A stretch of DNA of 64,000 nucleotides from Thermoanaerobaculia bacterium. GTDB lineage: Bacteria > Acidobacteriota > Thermoanaerobaculia > Multivoradales > UBA5704. The position numbers and the translations under genes are program-made. The first letter of the stretch is position 1. Each line of letters begins with the position of its first letter. Positions 46,436-54,593 of this stretch are shown in pieces. The notes under the pieces are model-generated. The model searched no databases, was not told the origin of the DNA, and was given only the letters and a program-made list of their open reading frames with translations. The stretch is taken from assembly GCA_035995205.1 (NCBI GenBank), contig DASYKS010000041.1:173671-237670 (forward strand), given 5' to 3'.

Positions 46436-47400
46436 TTGCCCTACTTTACGAGGCGATACCGGCTGGTAGTCCTGTCTGGACTGGTAAGCGTCATTGCGCT
46501 GGTACTCGTGGGCAGGTGGCTTAACGCGACAAAGCGAGGCGGGCAGGGGCTCGCCGAACCGTTCCGCATCGCCGCAAACTGTACTACGTCGGCGCGAGCG
46601 ATGCCTCGGCCTTCCTCATCACCGGACCCGAGGGCCACATCCTCCTCGACGGTGGCTATCCCACCACCGCGTCCATGATCATGGCGAGCATCGCGAAGCT
46701 CGGTTTCAACATAAAGGATGTGAAGGTGCTCCTGAATTCGGAGCCGCACCCCGACCACGCAGGCGGGCTGGGGGTGATCCAGCAAGCGTCGGGTGCAGAA
46801 CTTTGGGCGAGCGAAGCGAGCGCCGTCACCCTCGCCTCCGGCGGCGATGACCCCGATGGATTCCTGCCGCTGAGAGCCCTCGTGTGGCTCGGCGTCCTGG
46901 GTTATCCGAAGAGGCGGGTCGACCATCGTTTTCAGGACGGAGGCGCTATCCACCTCGGGCCGCTCATACTCACCGCGCACATCACCGGGGGCCACACGCG
47001 CGGATGCACTTCATGGTCGTTCCAGGTTCATGACGGTGACCGCGTGCTGAACGTCGTGAGCGCCTGCGACCTGGGTCGGTTGGCCACGGCGCAATATCCA
47101 GAGCAGAAGGCCGACCTCGAGCGCAGCTTCAGAGTGCTCCGGGGCTTGCCCGTTGACATCTGGGTGACGTGCCATGCGAGATGGTGGGGCAGATACCGAA
47201 AGTTCGTCGCCAGCGCTACCGCAAAGGACCCCGGCCGCGCATCGAGCTGCCGAACCACCAGGGCCCTCTGTCGCGGTATACGACCCGAAAGAGCACGGTT
47301 TCGAGGAGAACCGGCGGACCGGGCAGCCCAGCAAGGCAGAACGATCCTCGGGCGGCCAACCGCGGCGAGGCCTGGTACGCGAGCGCCACCTCGGGGCGCT
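46436..47400 (+). pseudogene. Subclass B3-like metallo-beta-lactamase-fold gene, frameshifted
   Basis: An N-terminal signal/TM region plus …EPFRIAAN is in frame 1. It continues as …LYYVGASDASAFLITGPEGHILLDGGYPTTASMIMASIAKLG…LLNSEPHPDHAGG…GGHTRGCTSW… in another frame, indicating a 1-nt indel near 46580. The C-terminal end is also out of frame after about 47200. The 3' boundary is approximate. Confidence 0.55.
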
Positions 47401-47455
47401 AACGATCCAGGCGCTCGACCTGGCAATGGGCGCAAAGGGAGTCGGCGGGTTGTGC

Positions 47456-47908
47456 TCATCCGGAGGTCTCTCCGACCTCTATCGGGTCGACAGCGCGGAT
47501 CCCAAGCACCTCGTAACGCTGGAAGTCGGCGGCGTTGAAGGTCAGGATCCGATCGATGCCGTTGGCGAGCATGAGAGCAACCAAGCGGGTATCGTGGACC
47601 TTGACGCCCGAGACGCCGAAGCGTACGACCAACTCCCGCCAGCGGGCGTAGGTCTCGGCGGGTTCGGGCAGCCGTGCAAAGGCTTGCTCGAAGGTTTTCA
47701 ATATTTGGTCGGCGGCTGCGATGGTCTGGCCAAGGCCGTTATTCTCAACCGATCGGGTAGCAACGTTCCAAAGTTCTATGAAGTTTTGACTTGCGGCGTA
47801 GAGGTCATCTTCCACCAGAGCCTCGACGGCAAGGCGTGCGCTTATGTGGCGCGGGTCGGCCGGTACCGCGAGCCGCACCAGGACGTTGGTATCGACCAGA
47901 TGGGCCAC
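47456..47908 (-). CDS. vapC: PIN domain toxin (VapC family)
   Basis: MAHLVDTNVLVRLAV… is a PIN signature. Confidence 0.8.
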   Translation of the reverse strand: MAHLVDTNVLVRLAVPADPRHISARLAVEALVEDDLYAASQNFIELWNVATRSVENNGLGQTIAAADQILKTFEQAFARLPEPAETYARWRELVVRFGVSGVKVHDTRLVALMLANGIDRILTFNAADFQRYEVLGIRAVDPIEVGETSG

Positions 47909-47913
47909 GGTCG

Positions 47914-48183
47914 TTAGGGGTGATCGGTGTAAATCCCTGCGCGCGAAACCGCTTCATCCGACAACGCGGGTGCGTCGCGAAGACCGAGAGCGATCTGGTC
48001 CAGCAGGGCGGAGAGCGCGCTGGCCTTGTGCCGACGGCCGGGCGTGCGCAGAATCCCTTCGACGGTCGAATCGACCGCCTGAAGCAGGATCTCGCGAACG
48101 ACCGCTGCGTCTTGTTGGGCGGCCCCGGCCCGTAACCGGCGCTCCTGTTCGGAAGAAAGCTCAAGCGTGATCGTCATCGACAT
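47914..48183 (-). CDS. Putative antitoxin partner of the PIN toxin
   Basis: An 89-aa ORF lies 5 nt upstream of the vapC start, in the typical TA arrangement. It shows no strong family signature. Confidence 0.5.
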   Translation of the reverse strand: MSMTITLELSSEQERRLRAGAAQQDAAVVREILLQAVDSTVEGILRTPGRRHKASALSALLDQIALGLRDAPALSDEAVSRAGIYTDHP

Positions 48184-48405
48184 CCTCTTTCACCTAATCT
48201 AATTCTAGTACGCATCGGCGTCTCAAGGAGCAGGCGGGATGGCGGCGAGGCTGGATGGCCAAACCTCACGCGCCACACATCTTGGCCACCTGGCCGAATC
48301 GTAGAAAGGACCCAGGGCGTCGTTCCAGCGCGAACGTTCTAGTGAAGGCGATCGAGGCACGTCGGTTATCATGACTTCAAAGAAGATCCCAAAGGAAGAG
48401 TCCTC

Positions 48406-49962
48406 ATGAGAAACCGCCTCTCGCCTCTCGCCTGCGGCGTCCTTTCGACCGCACTCGCCCTGCTGTTCCTCGCCGCTGCCTCTCTCCGCGCCGAGACGGC
48501 CCCGGCGTCGGCGAAACCCACTGTCTATGCCGCCTACGTGCTGCTGGCGGAGTCACCCGCGGGACGCACGGTCGCGTTTGCCCGGGTGATCGTCGATCCT
48601 GGAACGCCTTGTCCGCGGCTGATCGGTGCAGGGAAGGAGCGGATCGCGACGACGCCGCGGCGCAATCCGCATGGGTTTGCGGTCAAGGTTTGCGAGGCCC
48701 GCTATCCGTTCGGGCGCTCTTTTTCGGTCGCGGGCGGCCCGCGGCTGCCGAAAGCGGTCGAGGCGCCCACGCGGATCGCGGTTCTCGGCGATTCCGGCTG
48801 CGAGCCGAAGGATCAGGCGGGGTGCGGGCTGGACGATCCGGCGTGGCCGTTCCCGGCGATCGCCCGGGCGGCCGCGGTGGGGCGCCCGGATCTCGTGCTC
48901 CATGTGGGCGATTACAACTACCGCGGCACGCCGAGCGGCTTTACGGTCACGGTAGACGGCCAGCCCGTCAAGCAGTGGTATTACGATGCCGGCGACGGGG
49001 CCGAGCCGTCGGAGCTTTGCGGCCTGCCGGGTCCCTATTACAGCCAGAACAGCACGGGCAATCCGGACGCCGACACCTGGCAGGCCTGGTCGTTGGATTT
49101 CTTCCAGCCGGCCGGCGATCTGCTCGCCGCGGCGCCCTGGGTCTTTGGGCGCGGCAATCACGAGCTGTGCAGCCACGCGGGGCCGGGCTGGTTCTACTTT
49201 CTCGACCCAAGCTCCGAGCTGGCCGCGGGCGGTGGCAAGCAGCTCGCCTGCCCTTCGCAGGACGGCGCGGGTCCGGCGCTGCCGCATCTTCAGCTCGTCG
49301 AGCCCCAGGTGCTGCATCTCGGCGACCTCGAACTGTTGGTGATCGACTCGGCCAACGCCTGCGACCAGCTGCCCGGCTTGACCGACGTCTACCGGCGCCA
49401 GTTCTCCCAAGCGACGAAGCGGCTGCGCGGCCACCGGGCCTGGTTGATGGGCCATCGGCCGATTTGGGGAATCCAAGACGAGGCGGAGACCCTTTACGGT
49501 TGCGACGGCAAGCCGCAGAGCGGTCCCGCGGTTCCCTACGGCGAGCTGAACCAGACGCTTCAGTGCGCCCTCGAAGGCGAGGTGGGCGCGGCGCTCCTGC
49601 CCAAGCTCGATCAGATCCTTGTCGGCCACATGCACCGGTTCGAAGCGCTCTCGTTCGCCGCCCCGAGCCATCGCCCGCCGACTCTGATCGTCGGCAACAG
49701 CGGAGTCGAAGAGGACACCGGACCACCGACCGGCGCCTTCGCCCAGACCGTCGACGGCGCACCGGCTTCCGGTTTCTCAATCGACCAGTTCGGCTATCTG
49801 GAGCTGACCCGGGACCGCCATGGGGTCTGGCGGGGGGCGATGGTCGCCGAAGACCCCACAGCTTGGTCGCCGTTTCTCGCTCCCTGCGCCACGCCGCCGA
49901 CCGCGGAGCAGGCTCTCTGCGTGAAGCCGATGCCTGCGGGGCCAGGTGGATCGAGCCCATAG
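48406..49962 (+). CDS. Secreted calcineurin-like metallophosphoesterase
   Basis: Signal peptide. …IAVLGDSG…GDYNYRG…GNHE…VGHMHRF… are metallophosphatase motifs. Confidence 0.75.
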   Translation: MRNRLSPLACGVLSTALALLFLAAASLRAETAPASAKPTVYAAYVLLAESPAGRTVAFARVIVDPGTPCPRLIGAGKERIATTPRRNPHGFAVKVCEARYPFGRSFSVAGGPRLPKAVEAPTRIAVLGDSGCEPKDQAGCGLDDPAWPFPAIARAAAVGRPDLVLHVGDYNYRGTPSGFTVTVDGQPVKQWYYDAGDGAEPSELCGLPGPYYSQNSTGNPDADTWQAWSLDFFQPAGDLLAAAPWVFGRGNHELCSHAGPGWFYFLDPSSELAAGGGKQLACPSQDGAGPALPHLQLVEPQVLHLGDLELLVIDSANACDQLPGLTDVYRRQFSQATKRLRGHRAWLMGHRPIWGIQDEAETLYGCDGKPQSGPAVPYGELNQTLQCALEGEVGAALLPKLDQILVGHMHRFEALSFAAPSHRPPTLIVGNSGVEEDTGPPTGAFAQTVDGAPASGFSIDQFGYLELTRDRHGVWRGAMVAEDPTAWSPFLAPCATPPTAEQALCVKPMPAGPGGSSP

Positions 49963-49994
49963 CGGGAGGTGTTGAGGCTCGTCAAAGCTCTCAG

Positions 49995-50064
49995 CCGCAG
50001 CAGCCCTCACCCCCGGCCCCTCTCCCGAAAACGGGAGAGGGGCCGGGGGTGAGGGCTGCTGCGG
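49995..50064. repeat. Perfect 70-nt palindrome (32-bp stem, 6-nt loop)
   Basis: ccgcagcagccctcacccccggcccctctccc-gaaaac-gggagaggggccgggggtgagggctgctgcgg. It lies between the metallophosphoesterase and prsW genes. Confidence 0.5.
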
Positions 50065-50182
50065 CAAGTCGCTGCCGATTTTGACGGAGCCCTGCCGGTA
50101 GGTGCCGAGACCTGCCTGGCACCCACCGCCTCTGTGAGACAATGCCGCCACCGGATCCGTTGTCTCGGAGGAAGGTGGTCCC

Positions 50183-51172
50183 ATGGGGTTTCTGGTCGCC
50201 CTGATCGTGAGCTTCGTGCCGGCTTTCGCCTGCGCCCTGCTGGTCTATTGGTTAGATCGGTACGAGAAGGAGCCGCGGCTACTGCTCGGCGCGGTCTTCT
50301 TCTGGGGCGCCGTGGTCGCGGTGGTGGGCGCGCTCGTCGCGCAGCTGATCCTCGCCGGGGCGGTGACCGCGGCGACCGGTTCGGAGAAGGCGGCCGACGT
50401 CGCGGGCTCGACGCTGTTCGCGCCGATCACGGAAGAGAGTTTGAAAGGAATCGCCATCCTCGCCGTCTTCCTGGTGCTGCGCCGCGAATTCGACTCGGTG
50501 CTCGACGGCATCGTCTACGCCGCGGTCGTGGCGCTCGGTTTCGCCGCCACCGAAAATGTCTTTTACCTTTACGGGGAATTCACCGAGAAAGGGATGAACG
50601 GTCTGTTCAGTCTGTTCATCGTACGGGTGGTCCTCGGGATCTGGAACCATCCGTTCTACACCTCATGGATCGGCATCGGCCTTGCGCTCTCGCGCTTAAG
50701 CCCGAAGGCCTTCGTCCGTTGGTTCGCGCCGCCGTTGGGCTGGGCCGCGGCCTTGGGCTTTCATTCGCTGCACAACACGCTCGCGACGTTCGCGGAAGGG
50801 GCGCCCGGGTTGGGCGTTCTGATGTTTCTCGTCGACTGGCTCGGCTGGCTGGCGATCAGCATTCTGATCCTCGTCTCGATTCGCCGGGAGGGGCGCCTGT
50901 TGGGCACCCATCTGGCCGAAGAGGTGGGACTCGGCCGGCTGACCGCCGCTCAGTACAAAACGGCGACCTCCAGCTGGGCGCAGTCCGGCGCCCGGCTGCG
51001 TACCCTATTCGGCGCCGGCCGGCGGCCGACCCGGCGCTTCTACCAGGTGTGCGGCGAGCTGGCGCACAAGAAAGCCCAGCTCGCCCGGCTCGGCGACGAG
51101 GGGCGCAACCTGGCCCTGGTCGAGAAGCTGCGCGCCGAGCTGGCCGGCCTGTCCAGCCGGGCGATATGCTGA
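50183..51172 (+). CDS. PrsW-family intramembrane metalloprotease
   Basis: …ITEESLKG… (EExxK), …GFAATENVFY… and …FHSLHNTL… (HxxxN) sit on a polytopic membrane scaffold. Confidence 0.75.
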   Translation: MGFLVALIVSFVPAFACALLVYWLDRYEKEPRLLLGAVFFWGAVVAVVGALVAQLILAGAVTAATGSEKAADVAGSTLFAPITEESLKGIAILAVFLVLRREFDSVLDGIVYAAVVALGFAATENVFYLYGEFTEKGMNGLFSLFIVRVVLGIWNHPFYTSWIGIGLALSRLSPKAFVRWFAPPLGWAAALGFHSLHNTLATFAEGAPGLGVLMFLVDWLGWLAISILILVSIRREGRLLGTHLAEEVGLGRLTAAQYKTATSSWAQSGARLRTLFGAGRRPTRRFYQVCGELAHKKAQLARLGDEGRNLALVEKLRAELAGLSSRAIC

Positions 51173-51249
51173 GCTGTACCGACCGTCTATGACGTGCCGC
51201 AATTCTTGCTTGCCACAGCCGCTTCAACACACCATCTAAAGGGGAAGTC

Positions 51250-51924
51250 ATGGAAGTAACGATCAAGCATCAGCCCGCGTTCGCGCTCGCCATCGTCAAA
51301 CTGGGCAGCAACGAAGAGATCAAAGTGGAACCGGGCGCAATGGTCAGCCACACCGACGGCCTGACCACCGAAACCAAGGCGCAGGGGGGCTTTTTCGGCG
51401 GGCTCAAGCGCATGGTGGCGGGCGAGAGCTTCTTCCAGAACACCTGGAAGGCGCCGGCGGAAGGGGGCGAAATTACGCTCGCGGCGACCTTGCCCGGCGA
51501 CTTGATCACGCTGAAAATCGAGGGCAACGAATTCCTGCTGCGCAGCGGCGCCTATGTCGCGAGCGAAATGAACGTCGTCACGGATGCCAGCTGGGGCGGG
51601 GCGAAAGGCTTCTTCGGGGGAGGCGGCTTGATCCTGCTCAAAGTGAGCGGCCAAGGCCAGGTGCTCGCGTGCGCCTACGGCGCGATCGAGGAGCGGACGT
51701 TGGCCGCCGGGCAGTCCTATGTAGTGGACACCGGCCACATCGTCGGAATGGACGCGACCGTGCAGTTCGCGGTGCAAGGTTCCGGCGGCTGGAAATCCAC
51801 CATCCTCGGCGGCGAAGGGCTGGTCTGCCGCCTGACCGGACCGGGCCGTATCCTGATGCAGAGCCGCTCGGAAGAAGCCTTCCTGGGCTGGCTGCTGCCG
51901 AAGATTCCGACCAAGTCGAACTAG
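51250..51924 (+). CDS. AIM24/TIGR00266 (DUF124) family protein
   Basis: The length and the Gly-rich β pattern (…GGFFGG…GGGGLILLKVSGQG…VVDTGHIVGMD…) fit the family. Confidence 0.75.
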   Translation: MEVTIKHQPAFALAIVKLGSNEEIKVEPGAMVSHTDGLTTETKAQGGFFGGLKRMVAGESFFQNTWKAPAEGGEITLAATLPGDLITLKIEGNEFLLRSGAYVASEMNVVTDASWGGAKGFFGGGGLILLKVSGQGQVLACAYGAIEERTLAAGQSYVVDTGHIVGMDATVQFAVQGSGGWKSTILGGEGLVCRLTGPGRILMQSRSEEAFLGWLLPKIPTKSN

Positions 51925-51977
51925 GGGGCTGGTTCGCCGCCGACATCCGCCGGCCGGTAGGATGAACCTCGGGTCCT

Positions 51978-52847
51978 GTGACTTATACTTTCGCCATGGT
52001 GAAGAGTTCGCACCAGCACGAGACCCGAGGACCGTTTCACGCGGATCAGCTTCGCCCTGGCGATCCGTACGAGCTGTCGAACGGCCACCCGATTCACGGC
52101 CTGCCCACGGGGAGCCGGGGGGGAAGGGCGACGAACGTGGGGGGCGGAGTCCTCGCGAGCGATCCGGCGGTGCAGGACGTGGGGGTCGACATCGGCTTTT
52201 CTCCTTCCCCGGAAATCCTCCGCGCTCCGGACCTTGCGGTCGGCGAGATGCCCGACGAGCCGGGCTGGGTTCACGGAGCTCCGCCCTTGGCGGTTGAATA
52301 TGCCGACACCGGCCAAGACGAGGCCGCGTTGCGGATCAAGATGCAGGAGCTTTTCGCCGCGGGCACCCGCTATGTCTGGGTGGTGCGGCTGACGGGCCCG
52401 CGGCGCGTAGAGGTGCATCAGCCGGGTCTGAAGATGCGGATCGCAAATCCCGGCGAACAGCTCGTGGCGCCCGGAATCCTCGCCAATCCGGTGCCGGTCG
52501 AGGCCCTCTACGACCGTGAAGCGGCAAACCGGGTGATCTTCAAGAATCTCTTGGAGCGCCAGGGTTACGCCAGCCTGGACGACGTTCGTGCGGAGGGAGA
52601 GGCCCACGGACGTGCTGAGGGAGAGGCGATCGGACGTGCGGAGGGGGAGGCGCTTGGACGAATCGAAGGGGAGGCCCAGGGGTTGCGCCGGGCGATCGTC
52701 GCGGTTCTGGAAGGCCGCGGCCTGCCGGTCGACAATGAGCTGGAAACCGCCCTCGCAAGCGCCGATGACCCCTTCGTCCTCGAATCCACCCTCCGCCAGG
52801 CGGCCACGGGCTCTCTCGCCGACGTGCTCGCCGCCCTCCGCGCCTGA
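51978..52847 (+). CDS. Uma2 (DUF820) family endonuclease with a C-terminal AEGEAxGR octapeptide repeat tail
   Basis: …PDLAVGE…LAVEYADTGQDEA…GTRYVWVVRL… is the Uma2 PD-(D/E)xK core. It carries 4 copies of the (A/I)EGEA(H/I/L)GR repeat (24-bp DNA period, about 52600-52690). Confidence 0.7.
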   Translation: MTYTFAMVKSSHQHETRGPFHADQLRPGDPYELSNGHPIHGLPTGSRGGRATNVGGGVLASDPAVQDVGVDIGFSPSPEILRAPDLAVGEMPDEPGWVHGAPPLAVEYADTGQDEAALRIKMQELFAAGTRYVWVVRLTGPRRVEVHQPGLKMRIANPGEQLVAPGILANPVPVEALYDREAANRVIFKNLLERQGYASLDDVRAEGEAHGRAEGEAIGRAEGEALGRIEGEAQGLRRAIVAVLEGRGLPVDNELETALASADDPFVLESTLRQAATGSLADVLAALRA

Positions 52848-52984
52848 GCCGTCGAGCGGCTCCGTTGCGGTCAGTCCTTCTCGCGTCCGTGACAGCATGT
52901 CCCGGACCCCGACGCTGGTTCGCAGAGCACGGAAACCGCTTCGCGGCGGCAGAATACGACTCCACCGTCTTGGGGGCGCACTGC

Positions 52985-53640
52985 GCGCAACGCGAACACC
53001 CGTTCACCGGGTCCGGAACCCGGTGTTGTCGTTTGGATCACCACTCCGCCAGACCGGCGAACTTGTTTCTTGGCTGCGTCCACCACTTCGCCGGACCGGC
53101 GAACCGGTGTTTGGGCCCACCACCACTCCCATGAGCCGGAGTCGCGGTGTTCTCGCCCAGTACACCACTCCGCTGGCCCGGCGTAGTCGTGCCTTCGACC
53201 CGCGCACCACTCCCCGGGCCCAGAGGAGCGGTGATTTCCTTCAGTTCACTACTCCGCTGGCCCGGGGGAGTGGTGTTTTCGTCCAGCTCACCACTCCGCT
53301 GGCCCAGGGGAGTGGTGTTTTCATCCAGCTCACCACTCCGCTGGCTCAGGGGAGTGATGTGCTGGACCTTCGAACCACTCCCCCGGACCGGCGGACCGGT
53401 GGGCGGACGCGTATCACCACTTCCCTGAACGAGCGGAGTGGTGTTCCGGGTTGGCTTACCGCTTCGCCGAGCCCGCGGACTCGTGTTCGGGTTCGGCTCA
53501 CCGCTCCGGCGGGTCCGCGAAGGGGTGTTCCGAAGCGTGGGACCGCTTTGCCCTCTCCGCGGAGTCCTGTGAGGAAGCCGCGAACCGGTGGTCTCGGCCC
53601 GCGCACTGGTTTTAGGCTGTGGATCGGTCCGTCGGCGCCG
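52985..53640. repeat. Tandem array of about 14 degenerate 42-bp hairpin-forming units (core CCACTCC-GCTGGCCCrGG-GGAGTGG)
   Basis: There is an exact 42-bp phase between copies starting at 53247, 53289 and 53331. Flanking copies are more degenerate. Each unit contains a 7-bp inverted repeat. All six frames are open across the array. Confidence 0.7.
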
Positions 53641-53668
53641 GCCGCTACCGGTGTCCTCGTGCCGGAGA

Positions 53669-54529
53669 CTAGAGGGGCGCCGCGAGCCGATCCTGGAAAG
53701 TCTTGCGGTCTCCCTTCGCCGCCCGGCGGAAGCGTCGGGGGGAGACTCCGGCGGCGCGGTGGAAGGTCCGTACGAAGTTCGAAAGGTCGCCGAAGCCGAC
53801 GTCGAGCGCGATGTCGGTGATCGACCGCGAGTCGTCGAGCAGCCGGCGCGCCGCTTGGCGCAATCGCGAGCGGATCAAATACTGGTGCGGCGTGACGCCG
53901 AGAACGGCGGAGAAAAGCCGCAGGAAGTGAAACGAGCTGAGACCGGCCGCGGTGGCCGCCGCTTCGAGATCGATCGGCTCGTGCGAGCTCTCGTCGATCC
54001 ACAGCGCGGCTTCGACTGCGCGGCGGCGATCCCGGGCTTGCAGCTGCGATGGCCTCGGCGCCCGCCCGCTGACGGCTTCCAAGAATTGGCCGGCCAGCCC
54101 AAGGCCCGCCTCTTCGAGGCCGATATCGCTCCGGCCTTCGGCGGCGGCCTGCGCGAGCTCTCCGGCGACCATCAATTCGGGTAGCGGCGGCAAGCCGCCA
54201 ATCCGCCAGACGTTCCGGCCTGCCGGCGGCGACAGCTCGGCGAGGGTTTCTACCTGGGCGGGCGGGAAGTGAAACGACAGGCATTCATCGCCGCCGGCAT
54301 GATGATCGTGGGAACAGACGAACTCGTCCCCCGCGCAACCGACCAGGATCGATCCGGCGACCAGCTCGAAAGACTCCCCCCGGGTGCGATAGCCGAAGGT
54401 TCCCCGGCGCACGTAGGAGAGGCAGAAATCGACGTGACGCTCGGTGAAGGGCGCGTCGGCCGGGCCGGCGGCGCAACGGAAGTCGATCGCCGAGATCGCT
54501 CCGGTCTCTAGGATCTTGGTGGCTTTCAT
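53669..54529 (-). CDS. AraC/XylS family transcriptional regulator
   Basis: A C-terminal double HTH (…[24 protein letters not shown]…[33 protein letters not shown]). Confidence 0.8.
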   Translation of the reverse strand: MKATKILETGAISAIDFRCAAGPADAPFTERHVDFCLSYVRRGTFGYRTRGESFELVAGSILVGCAGDEFVCSHDHHAGGDECLSFHFPPAQVETLAELSPPAGRNVWRIGGLPPLPELMVAGELAQAAAEGRSDIGLEEAGLGLAGQFLEAVSGRAPRPSQLQARDRRRAVEAALWIDESSHEPIDLEAAATAAGLSSFHFLRLFSAVLGVTPHQYLIRSRLRQAARRLLDDSRSITDIALDVGFGDLSNFVRTFHRAAGVSPRRFRRAAKGDRKTFQDRLAAPL

Positions 54530-54593
54530 GGTCCGAAACCTCCGCCGCCCGGGTTACGAAGATCCGGGCGGCGGAGGGTTGCTAGTCAGAGAC

